Part shown: one piece after another, positions 1 through 9,205 of the stretch
How positions within the stretch are numbered: position 1 is the first letter of the stretch
Layout of the letters: each line of letters opens with the position of its first letter
NCBI GenBank assembly: GCA_044220955.1
Contig: JBGAQA010000020.1
Location: 25,284-89,283 of the forward strand
DNA length: 64,000 nt
DNA from: Sandaracinaceae bacterium
GTDB taxonomy: Bacteria > Myxococcota_A > Polyangia > Polyangiales > Sandaracinaceae
Reading direction: 5' to 3'
The notes under the pieces: generated by a model
The model's input: the letters and a program-made list of their open reading frames with translations, nothing else
Told to the model about the DNA's origin: nothing
The model's database searches: none
Program-made: the position numbers and the translations under genes

Positions 1-1
1 C

Positions 2-1855
2 GACGACGCGGGATGGCCCGACGCCGAGCGCGCGTACGCGACCATGGTCGAGCGCTTCGACGCCGACGTCGGGAGGATCGTCGAGCGCGTCGACGCCCTC
101 TCCGGTCGCGACACGATCGTGATCGTCGCCAGCGACAACGGCCCCGTCGGGGTCGACGGGCACGACACGGCCTTCTTCGGCTCGACCGCCGGCCTGCGCG
201 GCCAGAAGCGGGATCTCTACGAGGGCGGCCTGCGGGTGCCGCTCGTCGTGCGCTGGCGCGGGCACCTCGAGCCGCGTGCACCCGCGGTGCCCGTCGCCCT
301 CTACGACATCTTCCCGACGATCGGCGACCTCGTCCGCGTGCCGGCGCCCGCCGGAATGGACGGCGTCGCGATCGGGCCGTGGCTGCGTGGCGAGCGCTGG
401 GATGCGGTGCATCCACGGCTCTTCTTCTCGGCGCACGAGGCGAGCGGCGGCACCGAGTCGGTGACGCGCTTCGCCCTGCACGAGGGTGCCCTGGTCTTGA
501 TCGAACGCGCCGACGGTGTGCGCGAGCTCTACGACCTCGACGTCGATCCGGGTCAAGCGCACGACCTCGCGGGAGCGCGACCGGGCGACGTCGAGCGCCT
601 GCACGAGGCGCGGCTCGCCGAGACCACGGGGCCGGTCGCGCGCGCGTTCCCGATCCTCGACGTGCGGGACGAGCAGGGCCACGCGATGAGCGGAGCCACG
701 GCGGTCTCGTGCATGCAGGTGCTCGATCTGCGCGGCAGCGGCGACCCGCTCACGCTCGCGTCGGAGGCCCCGATCGAGCTCGCGATCACGGGCCACCTCG
801 CCCGTGCCTCGGACGACGCGATCGAGCTCCCGTCGGGCGCGTACGTGACCGTCGCCGCGCACCCGGCGCTCTCGCTCGGCCAGGAGACCTTCACGGTGCG
901 GGCGCGCGTGCGCCTGGACCACGTCGTGACCGGCGTGGCGACCACGCGGCAGGCACGCCGCTACCTCGCGTTGTCCAAGCCGGCGGGCACGCCGGACGCG
1001 TGGCTCGACTGGGGGCTGCTCGTGCAGGCGGGCGATCTGGCGCTCGCCGGCGACGCGGATGCGTCCGGCCACGAGCTCGCCTTCGTCTTCGCCAACCCCG
1101 ACGTCGGCGGCCACGGTACGTGGACCATCGTCACCCGCACGCTCGCGATCACCGACGGCGCGTGGCACGACGTGACGTTCCAGTACGACGCCGCTCGGGG
1201 CAGCGCGCTCGTCCAGCTCGATGGCCAGCGCGAGACCATCCCCGTCGTCGATCGCGGCCACGTACGGAGCGACGGTCCGCTCGTCGTCGGCGCGCACCAC
1301 GACCTCCACGGGGCCTTCGACGGTTTCCTCGACGGCGCCATCGGCCGGCTCGAGGTCGCGCGAGGCCTCGCGGCCGCCGCCGAGGGGTGTCCCGGGCTCG
1401 CGGCGGCACGCACGCTGCGGGTCGACCTCGGCACGATCCCCGTCGGCGCCGAGGTGCATCGGCGCTTCGAGATCCAGAACGCAGCGCTCGCCCCAGCGCT
1501 CGCGATGGACGTCGTCGTGGACGTCGAACCGGACGACGATCGGATCCTCCTCGAGCTGCCGCGGGCGCACGCGCTCACTCCCGAGGCCGCCCCGTTGCCG
1601 CTGCTCGTCCGCGTCCGCGCGGATCGACCCGGACCCATCGACGCCTTCGTGCGGATCTCGGGGACGACCACGCACACGGCGCTCGATCCCAACCCTCGCG
1701 GCAGGGCGCCCCGCCTGGAGATCGTGGGGGAGGTCGTCGCCGCGGACCCGGACGCGAGCGAGGTCCCCGTGTGGCTGCCCTTCGTCGCGGCCGCGCTCAT
1801 CGCGCTCGGGATCCGGATGACGTTCGCCGCGCGCAAGACCGATCGCCCACGCTGA
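2..1855 (+). CDS. Arylsulfatase-family protein (5' end outside window) with LamG/concanavalin-like domain and C-terminal membrane anchor
   Basis: Frame open from base 2. Sulfatase C-half motifs present: DTIVIVASDNGP, LRGQKRDLYEGGLRVP, DIFPT, ELYDLDVDPGQ. LamG-like ITDGAWHDVTF...FDGFLDGAIGRLEV follows. Ends in a hydrophobic helix plus basic tail. Confidence 0.85.
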   Translation, partial: DDAGWPDAERAYATMVERFDADVGRIVERVDALSGRDTIVIVASDNGPVGVDGHDTAFFGSTAGLRGQKRDLYEGGLRVPLVVRWRGHLEPRAPAVPVALYDIFPTIGDLVRVPAPAGMDGVAIGPWLRGERWDAVHPRLFFSAHEASGGTESVTRFALHEGALVLIERADGVRELYDLDVDPGQAHDLAGARPGDVERLHEARLAETTGPVARAFPILDVRDEQGHAMSGATAVSCMQVLDLRGSGDPLTLASEAPIELAITGHLARASDDAIELPSGAYVTVAAHPALSLGQETFTVRARVRLDHVVTGVATTRQARRYLALSKPAGTPDAWLDWGLLVQAGDLALAGDADASGHELAFVFANPDVGGHGTWTIVTRTLAITDGAWHDVTFQYDAARGSALVQLDGQRETIPVVDRGHVRSDGPLVVGAHHDLHGAFDGFLDGAIGRLEVARGLAAAAEGCPGLAAARTLRVDLGTIPVGAEVHRRFEIQNAALAPALAMDVVVDVEPDDDRILLELPRAHALTPEAAPLPLLVRVRADRPGPIDAFVRISGTTTHTALDPNPRGRAPRLEIVGEVVAADPDASEVPVWLPFVAAALIALGIRMTFAARKTDRPR

Positions 1856-1879
1856 GCCTTCTCGGCTCGCCGCTGCGGA

Positions 1880-2629
1880 TCAGCGCGCGCAGCGGAAGCC
1901 GACGTGCATCAGCGAGCTGTCCGGCGTCACGCCCTCGCGCGCGTCGATGCGGTAGCCGTGGCACACGTCGTGATCGCAGAGATACGAGCCGCCACGGATG
2001 ACGCGCTGAGTCGCGTCGAACGCGCTGCTCGTCCACTGCCAGACGTTGCCGACCATGTCGACGAGGCCGATGGGCGTCGGCGGGAACGCGCCGACGGGCG
2101 ACGCGTAGAGCCAGCCGTCCTCCATCGTGTTGGCGGTGGGGAACGGCCCCTGCCAGACGTTGGCGCGCCAGCGGCCGCCCTCGCGCAGGTCGTCGCCCCA
2201 GGGATACCTCGTGGCGTCACCCCGGCCGTTGCGCGCCGCGTGTTCCCACTCTCGTTCGGTCGGCAGGCGCGCGCCACGGGCGGCGCAGAAGGCGCTCGCG
2301 TCGTCCCACGAGATCTGTGTCGCGGGCTCGTCGTCCTCGGCGGGCTCGGCGTCCCTTCCGTGCGGGTGCTCGTACGTCGCTCCTTGCACGATGCGCCAGG
2401 TGCCCGTGCGCAGGTCGAGCACCGAGCCGCCGAGACGCTCCGCCGTCGTGGTCCGCCCGCTCGCGCGGAAGGCCGCGACCGTGACGGGCGTGCGATCGAG
2501 GAAGAACCTCGCGCCGGGGATCGCGATCATCCCCTGGGGCGCGGGCTCGGGCGGGGCCGGGGGCTCGGGCGCGGCCGCCTCGCCGCAGCCGAGCCCGAGC
2601 GCGACCACGATGAGTGCGAGACGCCTCAC
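1880..2629 (-). CDS. Formylglycine-generating enzyme (FGE/SUMF1 sulfatase maturase), predicted lipoprotein
   Basis: Motifs RLPTEREWEHAAR, YPWG, ANVWQG, DMVGNVWQW, RGGSYLCDHDVCHGYR, HVGFRC. GTG start overlaps the upstream TGA (GTGA). Lipobox LGLGC. Confidence 0.88.
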   Translation of the reverse strand: MRRLALIVVALGLGCGEAAAPEPPAPPEPAPQGMIAIPGARFFLDRTPVTVAAFRASGRTTTAERLGGSVLDLRTGTWRIVQGATYEHPHGRDAEPAEDDEPATQISWDDASAFCAARGARLPTEREWEHAARNGRGDATRYPWGDDLREGGRWRANVWQGPFPTANTMEDGWLYASPVGAFPPTPIGLVDMVGNVWQWTSSAFDATQRVIRGGSYLCDHDVCHGYRIDAREGVTPDSSLMHVGFRCAR

Positions 2630-4593
2630 GCTTCCGACTGCAGCGTCCGGTGCTTGCCGCTGTCGTCCGGGCGCCGGATCTCGGGGTTGCTGCGGTCCCC
2701 CGCCGAGCCGACGTAGCCCGCGGCCTGGAGCTCGAACAGACGCGCATAGTGGCCGTGCGCGCCCATCAGGGACTCGTGCGTCCCCTGCTCGATCACCTTG
2801 CCGCGGTCCAGGACCACGATGCGATCGGCGACGCGCACCGAGCCGAAGCGGTGCGAGATCAAGAGCACCGCCTGGTGGCCGCGGATCTGCTCCACGTGCT
2901 CGACGATGCCGTGCTCGGCGTCGGGGTCGAGCGCCGCCGTGGGCTCGTCGAGCACGACGATCTGGTTGTCCTCGCGCATGAACGCGCGCGAGAGGGCGAT
3001 CTTCTGCCACTGGCCACCGCTGAGCTCGGTTCCGCCGCGGAACCACTTGCCGAGCTGAGCGTGGTAGCCGTCCGGCAGCGCCGCGAGGAACTCGTGCGCC
3101 AGGCCCTTGCGCGCCGCGCGCTCCCAGCGCTCCTCGTCGCTCCAGTGGTCCACGTCGCCGGCGCCGATGTTCTCGCCGGCCTTCATCTTGAGGCGCGCGA
3201 AGTCCTGGAACACGAGCGCGAAGCGGCGCCGCAGCGCGTCCGGCTGCCACTGCCGGATGTCGAGCCCGTCGAGCTTGATGCGCCCCTTGGTCGGGTCGTA
3301 GAGGCGGGTGATCAGCTTGAGCAGGGTGGTCTTGCCCGATCCGTTCTGGCCCACGAGCGCGAGCATCTGCCCCGGCCGGACCGCGAAGCTCACGTCGTCG
3401 AGGGCGGGGCGCGGGGCGTCGAGGTACGTGAACGAGACGTGCTCGACCTCGAGGCCCGCCTCCGGGGTCGGCCCCTCCGTCGCCGTCCCGGCCTCGGTGG
3501 CCACCGGCATCGCGAGGAAGGACTGCAGATCGCGCAGGTAGAGCTGGTCGTCGAGCATGAGCCCGAGGCTCGCGAGGCCGGTCGTCACGCCGCCCTGCGC
3601 CTGGCGGAAGATCGCGATGTACATCGTCATCTCGCCGAGGCTCAGGTGCTCGTGCACCGTCTTGCGCACGATCCAGAAGTACGCTCCGTAGAACGCGGCC
3701 GTGCCGAGGAGGTTGAACACGAAACCCCAGAAGTTGCGGTTGATCGAGATCGTCCGCTCCTCCTCCTCGGAGCGCTTCGTGATGCCCCGCAGCCGGTCGA
3801 GCAGGCGCGCGCCGAGCGCGTAGAGCTTCACTTCCTTGGCGTAGTCTTCGCGCGTCAGGATCGCCTCGAGGTACGCCTGCTCCCGCTGCTCGGGGGAGCG
3901 CTTGCGCTGCTGGTCGAACACGCGCTGCGAGTAGCGGAGCTCGGCGATGAACACCGGCAGGCCCGCGATCACCACGATCAGCACCGCCCACACCGAGAGC
4001 TGCGCGAGCACCACGATGCACGACGCGAAGGTCACGAAGTTCCGCGCGACCGTGAACAGACCGTTCACGAGGTTGAGCGGGCGCACCGAGGCGTCCCGCC
4101 GCGCGCGCATCAGCCGGTCGTGGATGTCCGGATCCTCGAAGTGCTCGAGGCTCAGCGTCAGCGACTTCTCGACGATCAGCTCGGTCACGCCGTTCGCCAG
4201 GCGAACACGCAGGATGGACTGCGCCGCGGAGAGGCCGCGCTGCGCGGCGAGCAAGAGGACCACGAGCGCGCACTCGAGCCCGATGAGCTCGGAGATCTGC
4301 TGCTTGTGCCCGTCCCAGCCCTCGCCCGGCTCGGCGAGCGCGACGACGACGGCGTCGACGATGAGCCGGCCGACGTAGGCGACACCGGCGGGCAGCACGC
4401 CGGCGAGCAGCGTGCAGAACGCCATCGCGCCGATCGCCCATGGCGCGGCGTGGAACGCGAGCTCGAGGATCCAGAGGGTCTTCTTGGCGTAGCCGTCGGA
4501 GCTGGGCGGCTCGGGCGGAGCGGCCTTCGGAGTCGGGCGCGTCGGGCCGTCCTCCTTCTTCCGCTTCGTCGAGTCGCGTCCCTCCTTGGCCAT
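2626..4593 (-). CDS. ABC exporter, fused permease and ATPase
   Basis: N-terminal TM helices; Walker A GQNGSGKT, signature LSGGQWQK, Walker B VVLDEPT, ISHR. Confidence 0.93.
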   Translation of the reverse strand: MAKEGRDSTKRKKEDGPTRPTPKAAPPEPPSSDGYAKKTLWILELAFHAAPWAIGAMAFCTLLAGVLPAGVAYVGRLIVDAVVVALAEPGEGWDGHKQQISELIGLECALVVLLLAAQRGLSAAQSILRVRLANGVTELIVEKSLTLSLEHFEDPDIHDRLMRARRDASVRPLNLVNGLFTVARNFVTFASCIVVLAQLSVWAVLIVVIAGLPVFIAELRYSQRVFDQQRKRSPEQREQAYLEAILTREDYAKEVKLYALGARLLDRLRGITKRSEEEERTISINRNFWGFVFNLLGTAAFYGAYFWIVRKTVHEHLSLGEMTMYIAIFRQAQGGVTTGLASLGLMLDDQLYLRDLQSFLAMPVATEAGTATEGPTPEAGLEVEHVSFTYLDAPRPALDDVSFAVRPGQMLALVGQNGSGKTTLLKLITRLYDPTKGRIKLDGLDIRQWQPDALRRRFALVFQDFARLKMKAGENIGAGDVDHWSDEERWERAARKGLAHEFLAALPDGYHAQLGKWFRGGTELSGGQWQKIALSRAFMREDNQIVVLDEPTAALDPDAEHGIVEHVEQIRGHQAVLLISHRFGSVRVADRIVVLDRGKVIEQGTHESLMGAHGHYARLFELQAAGYVGSAGDRSNPEIRRPDDSGKHRTLQSEA

Positions 4594-4598
4594 GTGCC

Positions 4599-6071
4599 TC
4601 AGTCGTCGACCTCAAGATTGCCCATCTTCTCGGCCATGCGCTCGCTCAAACGCTTGCCCTTGTGCGGGAAGGGGGAGGGCGGAACGGGAACGCCGAGGAA
4701 GGGCGCGAGCTTCTCGTACCCCTCGCCTGCTGCGACGTTCAGCACGAGCAGGTCGCTCGGTCGGTCCGCGAAGTAGCGCCTCACGTTGGCTTCGTGCTGC
4801 TTGTAGGCGCGCGAGAACCGCTCGGCGTGGAACGCGTAGCCCGCGTAGACGGCGGCCCGCAAGAAGCGCCGGATCTCCATGTGGATCCGGTGCTCGTCGT
4901 CGGTGCCGCCCTCGTACGCGTCGCGCCCCGTCCAGTGGTTCTGGCACGACTTCAGCCACCCCGGCTCCTCGCGGACGGTCAGCACGAACTTGCTGCCGGG
5001 GTAGTTCTTGTCGAGATCCTCGAAGTAGGGCGAGACGGTGATGTCCGTCAGCCCGTCGAAGTGCTCGAGCTGCGGGAAGCGCGCATCGCCACGGATCAGC
5101 GTGTCCAGCGTCTGCTGATCGGTGGGGTAATGCAGGGTGTCGAACCCGAGCACGTGCAGCGCCGCGGTCAGCGAGCGCGTCCCCGTGCGCGAGAGTCCGA
5201 GTCCGAAGATCTTCGGCTTGTTCTTGGTGGGTCCCAGGTTGGTCGGGTCTGCGTTCACGGCGGCCATCACCTCTTCCATGTCGAGCTTCCCCGTCTGGGT
5301 GAGCCCGAGCTTCTCGATCTCGACGTGTGCGATGTAGGGCAGGTTGCGGATGTAGGCGTCGACGTCCTTGGGCTTGGCGTCCACCGAGACGAACCTCGCG
5401 GCGTGCTGCACGGCGCGGCGAGCGACGTCGGTGTCGGGTCCGGGCAGCCACTTGCCCATCGCGCCCTCGAGGCGCTTCTTGTGGTGCCCGTCGCGGCTCC
5501 GCAGCTCGCGCAGCGCGTACTTGCAGAAGATGTCGTCGTAGCGCTGGAAGTGGTCGTGCAGGATGTGGAAGGTCTTGAGGTACTTCTCCGCGCTGGCCTC
5601 GGCGAGCGCGAGGTTGCGCAGGCGGCTCTCGGGGCGCAGGACGAACGCGAGGTCGTCGTCGGGCGGCGGGATGCTCGCCATGCGCCGCACGATGTCCATC
5701 GAGGTGATGTGGACGCCGCAGTGGATCCGCCCGCGGAACCGGTCGCGCACGTAGCAGTCCACGTAGGGCTTGTCGTTGAAGTCGAGGAAGGGGCGCATGT
5801 CCTCGAGGATCAAGCAGTCGGCGTCCATGTGGACGACGTGCGAGCAGTCGTGCGGCAGCGTGAGCATGCGCCGCACCGCGTAGGCGAAGGGCTTGACGTT
5901 CTTGAGGACGAAGACCCGGTTCGGCCGCACGTTCTTGATCGCGAGCTCGAGCGCGAGGTCGCTCGTCCGCTCCTCGACCGTCCGGAACACCAGATCGATC
6001 TTCCGCCCGCCCGGGGGCGCCCAGCTCCCGTCCAGGGTCAGGATCTCGCCCTCTTCGACGCCGTGGCTCAC
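4599..6071 (-). CDS. Fusion of a putative GT-A glycosyltransferase-like domain and a C-terminal P-loop sulfotransferase-family domain
   Basis: C-terminal KIFGLGLSRTGTRSL, KFVLTVRE..WLKS, EGYEKLAPFLGVPVP..PFPH. N-terminal VVHMDADCL DxD-like motif. GTG start coupled to the upstream stop. Confidence 0.75.
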   Translation of the reverse strand: MSHGVEEGEILTLDGSWAPPGGRKIDLVFRTVEERTSDLALELAIKNVRPNRVFVLKNVKPFAYAVRRMLTLPHDCSHVVHMDADCLILEDMRPFLDFNDKPYVDCYVRDRFRGRIHCGVHITSMDIVRRMASIPPPDDDLAFVLRPESRLRNLALAEASAEKYLKTFHILHDHFQRYDDIFCKYALRELRSRDGHHKKRLEGAMGKWLPGPDTDVARRAVQHAARFVSVDAKPKDVDAYIRNLPYIAHVEIEKLGLTQTGKLDMEEVMAAVNADPTNLGPTKNKPKIFGLGLSRTGTRSLTAALHVLGFDTLHYPTDQQTLDTLIRGDARFPQLEHFDGLTDITVSPYFEDLDKNYPGSKFVLTVREEPGWLKSCQNHWTGRDAYEGGTDDEHRIHMEIRRFLRAAVYAGYAFHAERFSRAYKQHEANVRRYFADRPSDLLVLNVAAGEGYEKLAPFLGVPVPPSPFPHKGKRLSERMAEKMGNLEVDD

Positions 6072-6949
6072 GCGCGCACCTCGCTGACTTCGGTCCCGCC
6101 AGCCTCGGAGCCCGCGTCCGGCCACGCATGAGCGACGTTGGTCTCTCCGGCGACGCGCTCGAAGGCGGTGAGCGCCTCCGGCGAGAGCTCCTGCTTCCAG
6201 CGGACGTCCAGCACGAAACCGCGCGGGTGCTCTCGGTAGTAGCCCGCCTTGTCGCCGCCGATCGCGAGCTCACCGCCGGGCCGCGTGCGCGCACCTTCGA
6301 GCAGCGACTGCGTGCCGGCGTTACCGCCGATCGGGTGTTGCTCGGTGCTCCAGGGCTCGAGCATCTCCGGCACGAGCGTGAGGCCCAGCGCGGCCGCGGC
6401 CACGGCGAGCGTCTCGCGCGGCTGCGTCGCGAGCGCCTCGTAGCGCAGGCGCGTGACACCGCCCGGGAAGCGCGAAGCGAGGGCCTCGGTGGCGCGGATC
6501 TGCTCGACCCAGCGCTGCGCGTGCTCCGCGGCGCCCGTCTCCGGGCGCTTGCGGAGGCTCGACGCGATCACGGCGCGTCCATCGCGCCCGAGGAAGAAGA
6601 GGTGCAGCGCCACCCCCGCTCGCGCGAGCTTCGTGCTCTGCTGGTCGATCCACGAGATGCTCTTGGTGGAGTCGCAGATCACCGGCCGTCCCGTCCTCTC
6701 CGAGAGCGCCTCGTAGAGATCCGTGTCTCCGAGGCGCTGCTCGATCCCCGACCACACGCGGCAGCTCTCACCACACACCTTGCACGTACGCTTGCGGGCC
6801 TTCGTTCCTTCGTCCCCGAGGTGCGCGCTCTTGTTCGCCTCGCCCGCGTAGAAGACCCGGGGGTGTGCGCCGAGCGCGAGACCGAGCAGCGTCGAGCCGG
6901 AGTGCCCCGCACCTCCGACGAAGCACACGCTCGCGTTCGCGCGGGTCAT
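6068..6949 (-). CDS. Sulfotransferase family protein
   Basis: 5'-PSB loop GAGHSGSTLL, CKVC..C cluster, DSTK, 3'-PB RDGRAVIAS, LRYEAL; ATGA overlap with the upstream gene. Confidence 0.85.
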   Translation of the reverse strand: MTRANASVCFVGGAGHSGSTLLGLALGAHPRVFYAGEANKSAHLGDEGTKARKRTCKVCGESCRVWSGIEQRLGDTDLYEALSERTGRPVICDSTKSISWIDQQSTKLARAGVALHLFFLGRDGRAVIASSLRKRPETGAAEHAQRWVEQIRATEALASRFPGGVTRLRYEALATQPRETLAVAAAALGLTLVPEMLEPWSTEQHPIGGNAGTQSLLEGARTRPGGELAIGGDKAGYYREHPRGFVLDVRWKQELSPEALTAFERVAGETNVAHAWPDAGSEAGGTEVSEVRA

Positions 6950-7878
6950 CCGATGCGGCGCTCTTTGCGCTGATGGGAGACCCACCACTCGGCGTAGTTC
7001 TTCGTGCGGAGCGCGCGGTACCTGGCGCGCGCGGCGAGGTTCGTGGTCTTGCCCTTGCTGCGCGCGTAGCCGTTCGCCTCGAGCTCCGCGCCGGCGATGC
7101 CCTCCACGATCTCGAGCTGCGCGCCGGTGAGCTTCTCCTTCCACTCGTCCACGAAGCTCGTCGTGATCGCCTGGTAGGTCTCGGCGTGCGTGGTGTCCGT
7201 GGTGTGGCGGATCGCGTCGTTGGTGCGGTAGTTCGCGAGCATCTCCGGGGCGTAGGGGAGATCGAGGAAGCTGCAAAGCGCGCGGCTCAGCTTCTCGGGC
7301 TCTGCGACGAGCTCCTCGTAGCGAAGCACGAAGACGTCGTTCGGCAGCTTCTCCTTGAGCTCGCGGATGCGCTGCGCCTTCAGGGTCCAGGTCAGCGTCG
7401 CCGAGTAGACGTCGTGCTCGGGCTGGGTCTCGAGCATCGAGGCGACCGCGCCGCGTCCGTCGCGCAGCAGGTAGATGAGCCTGCATCCGGGGAAGATCTT
7501 CAGGATCAGATCCCCCTCCTTGCAGTAGCAGCCCTTCTTGTTGCCCACGTACTTCGCGCCCGGCTTCGTCTGGTCGCGGAAGAACGTCATGAGGTCGCGG
7601 GCGACCGCGTGCGGCGACTGGCCGACGTAGCGATCGAAGCCGTCCAAGAACTTCGCGTGGTCGACGCGCCACGCCTTGAACTTGCGGTCTTTCTGCATCG
7701 TGGCGCGGATGTCGCGGACGCTCTCCGCGTCGAGCGGGACCTTGCCCGGCATCGCGTAGAGCAGACGCCCGATCACCTTCGTCCCCGGGCTGATCGTGAC
7801 GTCGGGATGGCTAGAGAGGATGAGCTGGGCCAGCGTCTTTCCCGAGCGCTGGTTCCCCGAGAGGAACACGTGAGGCAT
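6946..7878 (-). CDS. Sulfotransferase family protein
   Basis: GNQRSGKTLAQLILSSHP, LLRDGRGAVAS, LRYEELVAEPE..LCSFLDLPY; GGAG RBS upstream of ATG 7878. Confidence 0.88.
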   Translation of the reverse strand: MPHVFLSGNQRSGKTLAQLILSSHPDVTISPGTKVIGRLLYAMPGKVPLDAESVRDIRATMQKDRKFKAWRVDHAKFLDGFDRYVGQSPHAVARDLMTFFRDQTKPGAKYVGNKKGCYCKEGDLILKIFPGCRLIYLLRDGRGAVASMLETQPEHDVYSATLTWTLKAQRIRELKEKLPNDVFVLRYEELVAEPEKLSRALCSFLDLPYAPEMLANYRTNDAIRHTTDTTHAETYQAITTSFVDEWKEKLTGAQLEIVEGIAGAELEANGYARSKGKTTNLAARARYRALRTKNYAEWWVSHQRKERRIG

Positions 7879-7922
7879 GCGGACTCCGGAGGATACACGC
7901 CCATCGACCGTGCTCGAAGCGC

Positions 7923-7962
7923 GACCGTCGAGCGGCGTGAGACTGTCGATCGGCGTGAGACC
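7923..7962. repeat. 18-bp tandem direct repeat upstream of the sulfotransferase operon
   Basis: gaccgtcgagcggcgtga / gactgtcgatcggcgtga (16/18 identical) followed by gacc; a TATCCT -10-like hexamer lies on the minus strand at 7890-7895. Confidence 0.55.
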
Positions 7963-8014
7963 GACGTGGGATGGCGCTGCATCGAGCGCGGCCGCCACGT
8001 CCGGCGCGCCGCTC

Positions 8015-9205
8015 TCACCCTCGGTCTGGCTTACGCACGGCGCCCCCGAAGCTGCCCCCGGTGACGGGTGTCGCCCGTCTCCGCCGCCCGCGGCGGACGA
8101 GCCACGCCATCGCGAGCGCGAGCCCGCCGGGCACGCCGCAGGCCACGATGCGGGCGATCGTCTCGCGCAGCTGCCCCACGGAGAGCCGCGGAGGCAGGGG
8201 CTGGGGCGGTGGCAGTGGCGGCGCCGGGAGGGAGTCGTCGATCGCGGCGCGCGCGATCACGGGCACCTCCGGCGGCGCGGGCGCGAGGATCCCGAGGTGG
8301 TTGATCACCTCCTGCTCGCGCCCGCGCGTCAGCACCTCGCGGCCGTGCGGCGTCTCGCGCACGATCTGCCCTTCCCCGATCAGCTCGTCGACGGCGATCT
8401 CCCAGCGCCCACGGCTGGGGATGCTCACGATCCCGCCGAGCTCCTCGACGACCATCTCGCTCGAGGCACCGCCGTCGAGGTTCATCGCCTCGTAGGCGCC
8501 GAGCTCGGCCATCAAGCGACCCATCTCGTAGAGCGTCATGCCCCGGCTCTCGGGCTGGCGGCCGTCGACCACCGCGAGATAGAGGAGGCGCCCGTCGCGC
8601 GAGAGCCCGACGGCCGTGCGCGGGGCGCGGTCGTTGGCGGTCTCGAACGTGTCGAGCGTCTCGGTGACGAGCGCGCCTTCGTGCACGAGCCAGGGCCGGC
8701 CGCTCACCGCCTCGGAGATCTGCTCCATCTCCTCCGGCGCGATCGGCTCGCCCGGCGCGACGAGGCGGACGTGACCCTCGCGGTCGACGACGAGCTCGCC
8801 GAGCTCGGGGTCGAGCTCGGCGTTGTTCGTCCAGACGGCCCCGCCTCCGGCCGCGAGGCCGCGCGCGCCCTGCATCATCGCCCAGAACCCGCCGTTGACC
8901 GCGACCTGCACGTGCTCGGCCGCGGCGAACGAAGAGACGGTGCGCCAGCGCTCGCGGTGGGGCGTCGCGATCACCCGCACGCCCGGCGCGTCGAGCTGGA
9001 CGACCACGGCGTGGATGCGAGCGGGCGTCGTCGTGCGGCGGTCGAGGTAGCGGATGCCGGGGTTCGGATCCGACCACACGTCGATCGCCTCCCCGGTCTC
9101 GCGGGGCCGCTCCTGCGCGAGCGCCGGCGACGTCCTCCCCATCGAGACCCCGACCGAGACCCCGACCGAGACCAGGCACAGCCCGAGAGTCCAAGCGCGC
9201 AGCAT
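8015..9205 (-). CDS. Phosphodiester glycosidase (NAGPA-like) family exported protein with C-terminal TM anchor
   Basis: Signal peptide; AVNGGF, APRTAVG, VVDGRQ..SRGMT, AMNLDGGAS; Pro-rich linker, TM helix and RRGRRRR tail. Confidence 0.85.
   Translation of the reverse strand: MLRAWTLGLCLVSVGVSVGVSMGRTSPALAQERPRETGEAIDVWSDPNPGIRYLDRRTTTPARIHAVVVQLDAPGVRVIATPHRERWRTVSSFAAAEHVQVAVNGGFWAMMQGARGLAAGGGAVWTNNAELDPELGELVVDREGHVRLVAPGEPIAPEEMEQISEAVSGRPWLVHEGALVTETLDTFETANDRAPRTAVGLSRDGRLLYLAVVDGRQPESRGMTLYEMGRLMAELGAYEAMNLDGGASSEMVVEELGGIVSIPSRGRWEIAVDELIGEGQIVRETPHGREVLTRGREQEVINHLGILAPAPPEVPVIARAAIDDSLPAPPLPPPQPLPPRLSVGQLRETIARIVACGVPGGLALAMAWLVRRGRRRRATPVTGGSFGGAVRKPDRG

Noticed and set aside
2626..7878. 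NRPS/PKS or RiPP biosynthetic cluster around the ABC exporter
   Set aside because: No synthase, carrier protein, precursor peptide or peptidase domain is visible in the window.
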